Assembly: GCA_002245135.1 (NCBI GenBank)
Contig: NGBS01000299.1
Span: 1-64,000 of the forward strand
Reading direction: 5' to 3'
Source: Proteromonas lacertae
Lineage: Eukaryota
Length of the DNA: 64,000 nucleotides
Shown here in pieces: positions 26,431 through 40,529 of the stretch (position 1 is the first letter of the stretch; each line of letters opens with the position of its first letter). The position numbers and the translations under genes are program-made. Under the pieces are notes generated by a model. It made no database searches. It was not told the DNA's origin and saw only the letters and a program-made list of their open reading frames with translations.

Positions 26431-27424
26431 TTAATTAATTATTTTTGAATGAGATAAAGCTGAGGAAACACTAGCAATTTCTGTTGTTTGATCCATTTCT
26501 CTGGCAGGGTTAACTATACTTTTAGATTTACTAATTATAGATGCTGGTACACCTACAGCTGTTACATTATCTGGTAGACTCCTCAAAACAACAGAATTAC
26601 TTCCAATCTTCACATTCTTACCTATATTTATATTGCCCAGTATTTTTACACCACATCCAACCATCACATTATTACCAAGTTTTGGATGTCTATCACCTGA
26701 TTCTTTGCCAGTACCTCCCAGTGTTACTTCGTGAAGGAATGAACAATTATCTCCAACGACAGCTGTTTCTCCAATTACTAATCCAGTTGCATGATCTATT
26801 AATATTCCTTTTCCTAATTTTGCTCCTGGATGAATATCTACATTGAAAACTTCACTAATTCTACTTTGAAAACATAAAGCTAATTCTCTTCTATTATGAG
26901 TGTATAAATAATGAGCTATCCTATAACTTTCTAAGGCTAAAAACCCTTTAAAAAATAAAACTTGTAATGGATTTTCACATGCTGGATCTCTTGTACACAC
27001 TGATATTATATCTTCTCGTATTGTATTTGCTAAATCTGAATTCTCTGTTAATATGCTAGTGATTAAATTATGTAAGTGCGAATGATGTAACATGTCATTC
27101 TTGAGTTTATCTGATAAACAGAAGGCAATTGATGATTCAAATGAGTTGTGATATAATATAGTTGAACTAACATAATTAGCTAGTATTGGCTCTTTTGTTA
27201 ACATGATTTCTGCATGATGTCTTATTCTATACATTAAAATGATTAACTTGGTTATATATACAATTGCCATAATATATCTATGCACTGAATTGAATATGAT
27301 GATTGAACTGACTATATTATGATAATAAACGAAAATCTATACTGCAATACAACTAGATTGTATATCAATCTGATGAGGTAATGAAAATCCAACTTGTAGG
27401 AATTGAAGGACAATTTGCTAACAT
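26431..27424 (-). CDS. cysE: Serine O-acetyltransferase (5' end uncertain)
   Basis: Spliced DILWQLIRHHAE..KEPIL; RDPAC; FKGFLAL; VDIHPGAKLGKGILIDHATG; VTLGGTGKESGDRHPK; TAVGVPA. Confidence 0.93.
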
Positions 27425-27583
27425 GATAATGTATGAAAACAATATATTGTAAACAAGTTTAAAAAACTCTACAAAAATCGTTTTTCCGTTATAAACTTGT
27501 TATGTGAATAAAAACACAAATTTACAATCTTTTTTTTTAATAAAAAATAAAATTTACTAATTTAAAGTTACATTTCAAATGAT

Positions 27584-29121
27584 CTAAGAAAAATCTGGTA
27601 AAGGAGGAGGAGGACGAGGTGGCATTAAAGGACTAATTTTATTATTACGGCCTGCCATGTTAAGCATTTGTCTATTGTATAGAGAGATACTATTCATATC
27701 ATTAGGAGAAAAATCAGCTCTTTTAGATTCAAATGGCGAATTAATTAAAGCATTGTCTTTATTTGAATTAACTGAGTTCTTACACGAATGAATAACTCTC
27801 TGTGACTTTATAAATGGAGAAGTCAATCCATTAGCGCCAGTAGATACAGCACCAACACTATTTCTTTTAACCCTTGTTTTATTACCAAAATCTATCACTA
27901 AATTCACACTATTCTTTTGAGAATTAATACTCTTCTTTAAATAACTACTTGTACCTTTTGGTGTATTAAGATGTTGTTGTTGTTGTTGTTGCTGAAGCTG
28001 CTGTTGTTGCTGTAATTGCAATTGAGCTTGTGATTGTAAATATATATTAGCCATTTTACTACTACCATGAGTGTTATAATTACTGCTATTACTACTGTGA
28101 TTAGCACTTGCACCACTTTTCTTTCGATGATATTTATATCCTAAATCTCTTTCTGAACTTATGGGTGAGGTTGGCAAGTTATTGTTATTGTTGTTGTTAG
28201 TACAACTATTTCTACCAGATCTAGATTTTGGAATAGAATAAAATGTTAAATGTGATTTTAATGTTTTAATAGAGGACGGATTAAATACAATTAATATATT
28301 TTCTAAAAATCTAGATATTACATTCTGACGGTTATAAGATGGTGTTTCATAATCATAATGCATTCTTGTTGGATGGTCTTTTCCACAATGAATTATCTTA
28401 AAACAACAGGGATTAGGAGGTAACTCTCGATACTGTGATTCATACTCTTCTCTTATTTGTATATAATTTGGACGTTCACTGATCTCTTGGTATTTTTCTG
28501 ACAATAATCCACTTCTTATATTTTGTCTGATTTTTAATAGTTTATCATAACTGTGTTTTTGTTGTGCTAGTAATTGGATCAATGAGTTGAAATGGACTGG
28601 ATATTCACTATTATAGATATAAGTATAATATATATATACATTCTTTCACTCTTAGCTACACTGTTATAGAAACTATCTGAACTGATTTCTTTTAAAATAA
28701 CTAAAACATCTTGCTGTGATAAAGGTTGAGTGTAATCAATGTTGAATATAATGCAAATGACTTTTATTATCAACTGAAACGGAAATACAGAAAATACAGA
28801 AGTGATTTGAAAAAAAGAATCCCAAGTCAGTGATTCTATTAGAATATTATACAATAATCTATATACCATATTTTTTAAATATTTCTTTCCACATTTCTTG
28901 AGTATTTAAATGAAAGATTGATAAAAAATTACTCATTGGAACATTTAACACAGTCCTATGTCAAGTTAAAAATACTTTAATACCCTCCTGTCAAATTCAA
29001 GAAATATATGTACAAACTCTGTATTTCTGACTGATTGTCTAAAAAATAGAGTAAAGAGTAATATACAGCAACATATTCGTGCTACAATTTCTGATTCTTC
29101 ATCTATAGTGCACAATTCCAT
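27584..29121 (-). CDS. Uncharacterised paralog family member 3
   Basis: MELCTIDEESEIVARICC|; WDSFFQITSVFSVF; ISERP; CCFKII..HYDYE; long Q/N/S-rich tail. Confidence 0.7.
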
Positions 29122-29310
29122 AGCTAAAGCATAATTAAAAAAAATAGTTATATTTGCTTGGCTTGTATTTAAAAGAAAATATGGTCGTTACATCATTTTT
29201 TAATAATCAAAATTTTGCTTCTACAACAAAGAAACCTCTTAAATTCATCAATAAACTTGTTCCATACAAATAAAATAAACAAAATAGAAGAATAATAACA
29301 ATAAGCAGAT

Positions 29311-30860
29311 TTATGGAGTATCAAAAGTTGATTCTTTTGGAGTTGTTGGGGTTTTATTAACTCCTCCTTTCTATAAAATACACTAAATAATGCAATATAT
29401 ACTGTAGCCTTCTTTTTATTACGAAGATTATCATAGAAAGAAGCAATTCTATCCTTCTATATTGAAAATAGTAATTAAAATAAAATACATTTGTATTTGC
29501 TGCAACAGATATTGTCTTCTTACCAACTGTAGTTGTTGTACTGCTAGCCACTTTTGTATCTTTGAATAAAGAATCAATAAAACAATCAGGATCAAGTATA
29601 TAATCATCTTCATCTCTTCTCTATTACATATTAATAATATATATACTGTAGAATTATCTGCAGGAGTTAATGGAGTTGGTGTTCTTGCATTTTCCTCAAT
29701 TTCTAATCTCAAAGTATTCAATTTATCTTCATTATCCCAACCAGAAGGGATAAATATATTTTTAATGTCATTTCTTCCTCTGTAATGATAGTTAAATATA
29801 TTTGGGTAAAATCTATGATATAAATAGGTTTGTAATTGTAATAGATTCATATTGGAACTTTCTTGTATGGAAGTATAACAAACAGCAGCTCGATCTATAA
29901 TAATAATAATAATAATAATAAACAAATATATACATCTATAAGCAGCAGATCTAAGATAATTAGATACAATTTTAGATTTCTGTGGTATACCAACTGATTC
30001 ACAATGTGTACAAATGAAAACAATTGGAATTCCACAATTCTCAAATGAACTATTATCATCATTAGTATCATTTGAAGGAGTTGAAGGATATTCATCCTTA
30101 TTCATACCATCCTGTTGTTGATTTTGTTGTTGTTTTAATGGTGTTGTAGGTGTAGCAATGGGTGTCTCTAATACATTTACTATTGATTGGTTTAATCTAT
30201 TTACAATTATATCATTCTCATCATCTTCGGTTGGTTCTTTATAATTCTTTAAGTATTCTACTATATTTTGCTTGGCTATATTTAATTGTTCTTCAGAGAC
30301 ATTGAATTGCTTATCTAAATGATCCATCCACTATTTTATAGATATAATAATATTATTATATGTTATTTTTTATACAGATTCTATGCTTTTTTGAATTACT
30401 TCAACAGATTTTGTTAAATCAATAACAATTGCAATTATTGACTAAATTACAGGAAAATAAAATAAAATATATACATTGTGTATTGTTGAATCATTAATAT
30501 AAAACAGTAATTGACTTCTTAGACTTTGGTGAGATATTGAGTAAATATTAAGATTGACATCAGGACCTATGAATAGTAATGATATTGTAACAATACCAAT
30601 TGGAGATGAAGATGGGGCTTTTGGATGAATAAGAGGAATAGCTTGATATGCACAAATTAATGGTGTTTTATTCTCTTGATCTTTTTTCTTACGCTGACAA
30701 CCTAAAGCTTTCATGAGTGTTTTCTTACCAACACCCATATCGCCTTAATTGAATAGATAATTACAAATATACCTAACAAAAACAATGTACTTTCCGGCAT
30801 TGTTGATTCTTTAGCAATATCATCTAAAATTGCTGACCACAATGATTTATTTTGATCCAT
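29311..30860 (-). CDS. DYNC1LI: Cytoplasmic dynein 1 light intermediate chain
   Basis: MDQNKSLWSAIL; P-loop-like LLGDMGVGKKTL; CGIPIVFICT; IFIPSGWDNEDK; C-terminal IASFYDNL helix. Many short introns. Confidence 0.85.
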
Positions 30861-30993
30861 TTTATAAAGCTAATCAAGCCAAATAGCTTGCAAATCTTTT
30901 ATGAATAATTCTTGATTTTGTTGTTAATTAGAATGTATAGACCACAATTGCATAATTAAAAGAATAGTAAATACGCATTTATAAATAAAATAA

Positions 30994-32409
30994 TTATTTC
31001 TTCTCCAAAGTTTTGTTAGATTCTTCTTCTTCTAAAATTGGAGGAGTTTGTTCGACACTATTTGGATTTAAATTAGGTTCAGGAGTTGTATCTTCAGCGT
31101 TATTACACACATTTATCAGTTGATCACTTGTATTTACTCCTCTCAACAGTTCCAATGGTGTTTCTAATGCCATAGAATTTTCATACTCTTTTGCTCTTCT
31201 TGCAACTCCCAAACCAGCAACTTGTGTTCTATTACTTGTAGATCTTCTTCTTCTTACTGCATTATTCACATTGTTGTTATTAGGAACACTACCACTATGT
31301 GCGTATAACAATGCTTGGTTAGTATTATGTGGCATTTGTAATGAATTCTTAGATTTGAGTAATGGTGATAATGCACTTATGGAATTGGAGTTTGTTCCAA
31401 TTTCTTTATTTGTGCCATTGTTTATTACAGTATTATTATCTGTCGCATCACTACAAGTACTATGTCTGTATCTACCAATATTACTACTTCCACCATGAGC
31501 TAAAGATTGACCAACTGTTGATGTGGTTCTATTCGTTGAATAGCACCTTTCACTAAATATTATCCGTATATAATCTAACAACATCCTTATTGCTACTACT
31601 CTTTGACTTGCACTTACTTCATAATCAAATTTATCCACATTTTTTGAACAAGTTATAGTGTTATAAATAGTTAAACAAAAATTTCTTTTTGGCAATTTTC
31701 CTCTGTGAGTTTGTTTATATTGTTCTCTATACTCTAATACATTTGGCCTGTCGAGAATTTCATTACTCCTTGAAGCTGAAAATATACTTCTACAAAGATG
31801 TTTACGTATTTTGGTGATTTGAGTATAACATTCTGGATTCTTTTCGATTATTTGTATGAAATCTTGGAGAGTTAAAGGATAAGAAAAGGACTGTTCTTCA
31901 GATATCTTAAATATATAATGTGGATATGCTATTTCATTCATTACAGCATCTACTTCAGCTTTTGTTAATAGATTTCTTGGATCTATTCCTACCAGTATTA
32001 AAATTACTATTTAAATATACAATATTAAATTATTTTATACATTGAACATAGGTTGATAAAGGACTGAATGCAAGAAGAGAATAATACTGGAAGAATGTAT
32101 TCCATTCCATGTGTCCTAATATAAAGATTATTAAATCCCATTAAAAATACTATATTGTTTAAATATTTTCTTTATAAAATAGTAAGATTGAATCTTAAAA
32201 GAAGAAATAAAAGTAGAATAATTTATATAAGGCGATTCCCTATGTTTATTTAGAAAAATAAAAAATACTTGTGGGTATGATTAAGAAAAAAAAGGTAGAT
32301 AGCTCTAATTTCGGTTTCATCATCTAAAAGCATAAAAATAAAGTATACAGCAACATAGTTGAGCCACCATTAAGGATTCTTGATTTAAGACACTACTCTC
32401 AGTGGTCAT
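30994..32409 (-). CDS. Uncharacterised paralog family member 4
   Basis: MTTESSVLNQESLMVAQLCC|; WNTFFQLFSLLAF; ILDRP; FCLTIY..KFDYE. Confidence 0.7.
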
Positions 32410-32604
32410 TTAAAAAAATAACTTAAAAAATTTGAAGAGCAAAATTCAATTCATTTTATCCTATTTAATTTATATATTTTAATTTGATTTTAAAATGAAT
32501 AAAACGGTAAATTAAAAAACACAAAAAATTCTTTGTTAATCTTCACCAACATACAAATATAAAAGAAGACTAATAAATATATATCTTATTTAATCATGTA
32601 AAAT

Positions 32605-33932
32605 CTATTCAAAGACATCTGCTAAATCATTTGCTTTTAAACTTCCATTTTCACAATCACAGATTTTTGCAGGAACACCTTCATCATAATCTAAACATGA
32701 ATCTAAAGACAATTTTCTAACATCACTCTTCTTATCTGGTGTTGCAAAATCTATCAACATTTTTCTGTTATTCATATCAGGTGTATTTGCTGTAGTATTC
32801 ATTTGAGTTAAACTACAAACAGACCCACCTTTCTTTCTCGCTTTTGAATCAAATATTTTATCTGAAATAATTATCAAACTATTTGCTTTTTTCTTGTTTG
32901 TATCAGATCTTGCAGAATGCATAGAATGTGTAGATTTCAAACTATTTCTCAATGAATTTGTTGCTCTCAATGGTCTTGTACTATAACCATATCTATATCT
33001 CATAGTTGAAACAATTCTTGTGACTTTTTCTACTTTTTCTTCATTAGTAAATGGTTGAAAATCACAACGATATGGATGAGGTCTATTGGTGAACAAAACT
33101 CTTGATAAATGATCAAAGCAGGTTTCTGGGGGTAAATTTACAGCAGTTTCATTCTTTTTAGCCAAATTACAATAGAAATAAATTCTTTGTAATGAAGTTA
33201 AATAAACTTGATGAGTTATCATTCGGTTTATTATTGCTTCTTTTATCAACCTTAGTGGTTTTACTATTTTGGATGTTGTATGAAACTCTTCGAAGAAGCC
33301 AGCTATTGGGACTCTTCTTTCTTTATCTCTTTCTAATGAAATAATCCATTCTTTTAAATAAGTATCATTTGGAATATTACATTTTTGAAGAAAATCTATA
33401 ATCTGGTCTTCTGTGATTGCAAGGTTTGTAAATATTCCACAACAACTTAAAAGTACTTGAAATACCATCATAAAGTCGAAATATACATAAAATAATACAA
33501 ATTCTATAAAATTATCCATAGATATTCTATTCTCTATTAAATAAATAAATGTATAATATACGGCAATATTTAAAATACTGTTCTAATATAGGAAAGCTTT
33601 CTAAACGAAAGTGCTTGTTAAATGATTCTAAAGTAATGTAATTTTCTGTAGAATTTTCATGCCAAATATCTATATATTCTTTTTGTATATCATTTATATC
33701 ATTGTATTGCACTAAAACATAAACATAAAGATATACGACATAAATATCTTGCAATAAGTAAGTTATTCTCAGATAATTTACATATAGTTGTTTTAATTTT
33801 TTTGGGATATGAAAAGGACTTTATTAACTCCAATGATTTCATCTTAGGTCAAAATAAAAAAATAAAAAATACCAACCCATCTTTAGTAGCAATATATGGT
33901 GGACCATTATTTAGACTACTCGAAACATCCAT
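32605..33932 (-). CDS. Uncharacterised paralog family member 5 (subfamily B)
   Basis: YIDIWHE; DNFIEFVLFYVYF; ITEDQI; PPETCFDHLSRVLF..PHPY; MRYRYGYSTRP. Confidence 0.7.
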
Positions 33933-34179
33933 ATTCTCTGATAAAAACTAACAACAATTACAAAAAAATAATTATCGTTTCACATTCAGTTATACAAAAT
34001 TAAAAAGTTTCTTATTCTAACATCAAAATGAAAGAAAAGAGTAAAATGCTTTTTTATGATAGTTCGTGTAACATCAATATTTATCCCAACATATACTTAT
34101 GTTATTTTTATTGATTAATTTTATTCTTCAAATGAACAAAAAGCTTGACTTGTCAAACAATTTATTAAAAAGATATTTG

Positions 34180-37135
34180 ATGATATTTATTTTGCTTTTT
34201 CTCTTCTGTCTATCACGTACTGAGCTTGTGACTAATGCTACTGTTGAGATATATTATGATTCTCACGAAGCATTATATCTAAACTATGAACAAGGGTATG
34301 TTAACAAAATTGTGAATCATCACAACTTTAAACTATCTGCTGGTCCTGCCAAGGCTACATTTGATATAAATAATCATGAAATCACATTATTACATTACTT
34401 CCCACAACCTAAGCCGGAAGAAAAGCCAATACTAGGTGCTTATTCACCAATGTACAATAAAGTGTTATATATAGGAGTATTTAGAGGTGCTAATAGAAAG
34501 GATAAGACTAAATGTACTCCAATAGCTAAAGCCAAAGAATATGTGAAATATGTAGATCTAGGTATGAGACTGTGGGGTGCAAACCAATTTAGAATATCTC
34601 AAGGTGATGATTTATATGTTAGTTCCCAATGTTTAGTAATTGATGAATCAATTTATGTAGAAGGCAATTCAGGTACAATTAACAATGAATTGTATAATGC
34701 AGCTGCAAAGATTGATAAAATACCCAAAGTTGCTGTAAGATGGTATGTAAATGATGATTATTTAGGAGGATGGTTAGGTTTAGCAGCTGTTGGTAGTCCA
34801 ATGGTTGTAGCAAATAGAAATTCAAACTATTGGTTAATATGCAAATATAATCCAAGTGTTGAAGATCTAGGTAATGCTAAATTAACAACAATAATGCATG
34901 AGTTTGGTCATAGTACTGGTTTCCACCATGGAGGTACGCAAAACGCTGATGCAACAGGAGTATTTACTACTTTTAATGCAGTTGATAACTATTATGATTG
35001 TGGTAATATAATGGGAAATTGTGCTCCTTGGGATAGAACGATTACTGCTAATCAATATTTTGTTATGATTGTAAGAAGTAAGCCAGAACCGTGGATGTTT
35101 AAATATCCTGAGGAAGGTATTCATAAATATAGATTATATGCATTTGATCATCCGTATTCAAGATATTTCTTAGGTACAAATGTATCATTCCACAATGATA
35201 CTGAAGTGTTTGATGGAATTCCATTTAAATATAACTGTATAGCAATCAGAGTGTTAGTTAATAAAAATATGACCAGTAAATATATAGGAGCAGATGGAAC
35301 ATCTGGTTCAATAATGTTAGAATATAAATGGAATGGTGGAGGAACACAAGGGCCTCAAGAATTTGGTGTGAGAGTAACTTATGGTTTTCATCAAACTGGT
35401 AATTTATTACAAGCAAATTTTGACGGTTTTAAAACCTGGGGAGATAGTGAAATAATGACAGGAGTTGATTATTATCCGTCTGATTTTGATACAGGAACCT
35501 TAAGAATTAGGAGTAACAAAAATACATAGAACAGTATTGAAAGAAGCTAAAGAAATTGAAATAGCTAAAGAAGATAAAAGAAGATATGATGAACCAGGTT
35601 ATGTAGAATTAGAAATTGAATATTTTCCAAATAGGAAACCACCAACATTATCACCTCCCAAAGATTTACCTAATTTCCAAACATCTCCAAGCTTCTTTAA
35701 CTGTAAAAAGAAAGATGATGGTAGTGGTTATACTTGTTCAAGATCTACTACAGCTAGTGGATGGTTTTACTTTATAAATAACGGAAATAGAGATAAGAAT
35801 ATACCAAGATGGTATACAGCAAAAAAGGATGTTATTAGAAACAGAATATCACTTCGTTCTTTTAATGGTAATGATTACTCAAGTACATTATTATGTTATG
35901 GAGATAAAGGTAGGAAATGCATAACAATGAATGTAGAATCAGTAAGTTTCTCAGGTGTTACAAGAAAGAATTATCAAAATGGTAGAGTAACTAGAACTAA
36001 ATCAAATGATGGAAATGCAACAGCTGAAGATTTAGGAAATGCAAATGTAATCTATGGTAGTGGTTTAGAAGTTCCTGAAGGTGGAAGAGCTTATATTACT
36101 GATTTATTTGGTAATGAAAGAGATATAAAAGTAGTTAATAAAGAATTTGTGGAATTATTACCTCCATTAGAAACTGATGGATTTACTGAAGGAGCTGTAG
36201 TAGTAAAAGATAAAAGTGGAAAAGTAACATATTATAATGGTTTTACATTCTATCATCCAGAAAATGGAAATAGAGCAGCAGTTCAATTTAATGATAATGG
36301 TGGATATACATTATCTGCAGCAGTTATGCCAAATGAAAAGTGGTCTACAACAACAACATTATTATATCCAATTACAGTAAAAGCAAATAATTGGTTTACT
36401 TATCCTATCACATATATGAGAGATAATGATTTTGTATTTTTTGATTTTAAAGGGAAAATACCAAGTGGATTAGTAATGACAATTGAATCAGATAATGGTG
36501 AATTTTCAAAAGATTTAAGTGCTTTAGAAGGTTTGAATAGTGCATCATATAAAATTACGTTTTTAGAAATGAATAAAGTAACAGGTGGTTGGGGTGAGAT
36601 CAACAGAGTCAGATTTAATAAAGATGTTCAACTACAGAATATAAGACCAGTATATGCTAGTAAAGTTGGAAATCAAATAACAGCAGTAAAAGCTGTGAAA
36701 GAAAGTTTCAATTTCAATGGTTATAGATACACAGTAGATGTTCCTGCTACTCAAGCAACGTATATTTACAACAAAGTGGATGTAGATATAAATGGTGAAG
36801 AATATACATTTGATAGTTCAACAACTTCTCAAACAGTAAAAAGTATAGAAAAGAAAGGATTAAGCACTTTTGTAATAGTTTTAATAATTTTAGCAGTTGT
36901 AGTTGTATTAGCTGGAATAATCTTTATATATTGTAAAATCAAATCAAAGAATAGAGGAAGTAGTAGAACTTATACACAAAATGCATATTCAAGTAGACCT
37001 GTTGGTGCTGCATCTACTTATAGACCACCACCTGTTGCTATGGGTGGTACATATGGTCCAAGAGGTACACTTCCACCAAGAGGTCCAGCACCTAGTGGTT
37101 ATGCTGGAGGTTATGCTGGTGGATATAGAAGATAA
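34180..37135 (+). CDS. Type I membrane zinc metalloprotease, metzincin (M11 gametolysin-like); one frameshift
   Basis: Signal MIFILLFLFCLSRT; HEFGHSTGFHHG (HExxHxxGxxH); Met-turn YYDCGNIMG; single TM helix (FVIVLIILAVVVVLAGIIFIYC) and a P/G/Y-rich tail. Removing one A at 35502-35503 fuses the two ORFs (DTGTL-ELGVTKIH). Confidence 0.75.
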
Positions 37136-37309
37136 TTTTATATTATACTTTATTATGTTTTATATTCATATATTTTTATAAATGTTGAATTCTATTTGTA
37201 AACTCATAAATAAAATAGTTTAAGATATGTACATTAAACATATTCATTTTTTTTAATAAATGCATAAACGACTCTATTTTTAGATTTCATTTTTTAATTT
37301 CATTTTTAT

Positions 37310-40300
37310 ATGAGATTCAATATATTTATTCTCTTTTTAATATTTTCGTTTACAATAGCGAAGCCTGGTGGCAAATCTTTACCTATATGTATGACTGTTA
37401 TATTATTTTTAGGTGCATTTTTCAATGAAGGAAGTGAGTCATCTGAATCTACAACATCTTGGTGTAAAGAAGGGATATTGGTTGAATTAGCAGCTAGAGT
37501 ATGCTTTTTTATCTATAATTGTCAGTCTGCTGTTGAAGTTATCAATAGTAACGATACATTAAACATAGAAATTAATTTTCACGCTCATGATTGTGAAAAC
37601 TGGGAGTATATATTGTATTGTATATTCTGTAAAGAGGGAAATGTTTAAGTGAAGTAGAAAAATCAATAAAATATGACAATCCATGGATAATAATGGGTGC
37701 AGGATCTAGGTATGTTTATTTTAGTTATATTTATTGTTGTCATTATAGTGAAATATCAAAATTTGTTCAATTTTATTGTATGTCATACAATATGAATCAA
37801 ATTGATTATGGTTCAACTGCTTCTGTCTTATCTGATGTGTTTAAATACACCAATTTAGCAAGAGTATCCGTTACAGATAGATATTTAACAGATGCTTTAT
37901 TTGATTTGATATTAAAAATCGGATGGAAATATATAACAATAATAGCAGAGAATTCTGATTATGGTACTTCCAGTTCTGAGATGTTTATTCATACAGCAGA
38001 AAAGAAACAAATTGATTTAGAAATTATAGTATATATAATATATTTAATTATAATTTATTTTTATTAATATAGGGAAGTTATTTAATTGAATCACATGTTA
38101 GTTTACCATACACTGAAGATTCATTAGAAAGAGTGACAAGAATATTACAAAAAATAAAAGAAGGAGAAAGTAGAGTAATTATACTATTTTCACATTCATC
38201 AGTAGCACAAGCAATATTATACAAAGCAAATGAACTTGGATTAATTGGTAAAGGTTGGAGTTGGATATCAACGAAATGGGGTGTTGTAGATACATGGAAA
38301 ATGAGTAATGAAAAATACTCTGAGACAATAAAGCAAGCAATGGAAGGAGTAATTGGTGTATCAGCTACAAAAGGTGACAAAAATTTGTTATATGAAAAGA
38401 TGAAGAATTACAGTGAGAAACATCCTGAAGTAGTCGATGAATTAAAAAGGAAGTGTGATTTAGATGAATTAGTGATTGACACACAAGAGATGACACCAAT
38501 GATATTTTATGCTTATGATACTATTCAAGTAATAGCAGATGCATTTTTAATAAAGTATATTTTGTTATTTTTTATTTATTTACTTTCTAGCAATGATAAT
38601 AAAACCTTCTTTGATTCATTAAAAGATAGAGAATTTCAGGGAATAACAGGATCTATTCGATTCGATAATAGCTTTGATAGAATTAGTACAACAGTTGATG
38701 TAACAAATATGAGAGATGGAAAATTGTATGTTGTTGGTAAATGGAATCCTGATATTATAAGTATTTTTTACTTCTTTTTTTAAATTCTTTAATAGATGGA
38801 ACGATATATAAAGGTTCTGGCACATTTAAGAAGACAGATAAAATATATTATGCAGATAAAACTACAAATATTCCATCAGATCGATTTATAGAAGAAGAAA
38901 GTTCAACTGCTGAATTTTTCACAATTGTTACTTTGTTGTTAGTAACTTCATTAGCATGTGGAGCTGTAATTGAAGAATTTGATATTCATCGATTTCCAGA
39001 AACTGCCGCAGTTGTAATTTTAGGTATTATTACTGGATTGGTAATTCGTTATGGGTTTGGCAAAGGTCTTCAAAGAGTATATAATATATTATTATTGTTA
39101 TTATTATTATTATCAATTAATAGACAGCAATGTTCAACGAAGAATTCTTTTCATTGATTCTTTTACCCATTATTATATTTGAATCAGGTTTTGGTATGAA
39201 GAATAAAGAATTCTTCGTTAAACATATTGGAACAATCTTAGTATATGCTGTAATTGGTGCATTTATGACAGCTATGTTGGTTGGTTCAATGTTATTAATT
39301 CCATTCAATAATAATTGGTTTTCATTTAAATGGAGTATATTTGAAGATTTTTCTTATGGTTCATTAATATCAGCAACAGATCCTGTTTCAACATTAGCAA
39401 TATTTGGATCATTAAAAGTAGAACCAATGTTAAATATGTTAATATTTGGTGAAAGCGTTGTAAATGATGCTGTATCAATTGTATTATTCAAAACATTCAC
39501 TGGATTTATGGTTACTGATATTACAAAAACCGCAATCTTATGGGCAATAGCCAAATTCTTTATTATGTTTATAGGTTCAACTTTAATTGGAATAGTTTTA
39601 GCTATTCTCTGTTCATTAGTTTTAAAAGTTTCTCCTATACACCATCCAGTGTTAGAATCAGCAATTATCTTCCTGGTTTCATATATGTCATTTGAAATAT
39701 GTGAAGCATTAACACTCTCTGGTATTACTTCAAGTGTATTCTGTGGAATTGCTATGAATTATACAGCTAGAAAGAGAATGAGTGTGAAAGGAAAAGAGTT
39801 TAGTTACACAATGTTTAGAATGCTTGCTCAAATATCTGAAACATTTATATTCTTTCAAGTATAATTATATATATATATATAATAGATTGGTTTGAATGTG
39901 TTCTTATATATGGATATTAAAGATGTTCCATTTGGCTTGACTTTCTGGATTTTATTTGAAATTGTTATTATTCGAATATTTATGATTACCTTCCTTACTT
40001 TCTTTGTAAATTTATCTCGTAAGTCTAATAAAATACCTTATAATTATCAAGTGATTCAAATATATGCTGGATTAAGAGGAGCAATTGCTTACTCTTTATC
40101 AGTTTCTTTCCCAAGTCATAATAGACCAACCATTGTTGCGTATTTATATATATATATATATTATGTGATTATATTGTTATAGTGCAACTATGTGGATCAT
40201 TTTATTAACACTATTCATACAAGGATGTAGTACCTATGATATGTTGAAATGGATGAAAATACCACTTGGTGTTGAGTATGTTAAGCCTCCAGAAATGAAG

Positions 40301-40459
40301 CAAGAACATGATCTAAGTGAATTACTTGATGCATATACTCCTAAATCTTTGAAGAAGCTGTTTAGTAAATCATCACGTAGTGTTAATTCATCAAGAAGAA
40401 AAGCTAATGAAGAATATTTATTAGCTGAAGATATGGATGATGAAATAGTATATCAATAA
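37310..40459 (+). CDS. Venus-flytrap (ANF-receptor-type) ligand-binding domain fused to a CPA1 Na+/H+ exchanger (NHE8/NHX-like)
   Basis: Signal peptide. VFT motifs AVEVINSN, IMGAGSS, QIDYGSTASVLSD..YTNLAR, GWKYITII..DYG, RVIILF, FQGITGSIRFD. Intron 38761-38795 splices in frame to IYYADKTTNIPSDR-EEESS-TM1. NHE motifs FPET, LLPIIIFESG, ISATDPVSTL, FGESVVNDAVSIV, AGLRGAIA. Confidence 0.88.
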
Positions 40460-40529
40460 TAATATGACTTTCTTCATCATTTTAATATTTGTGGGGTAAG
40501 AAAATAATTTTGGAACACCAATATTCAAA

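Noticed and set aside
35513..35529. A 17-nt GT-AG mini-intron joining the two protease ORFs
   Set aside because: Removing it does not put the two ORFs in frame, and it is shorter than other introns here. A single extra A at 35502-35503 explains the break better.
38933..40459. Na+/H+ exchanger as a stand-alone gene
   Set aside because: No in-frame ATG precedes TM1. The frame stays open back to the acceptor at 38795, which joins the flytrap exon in phase.
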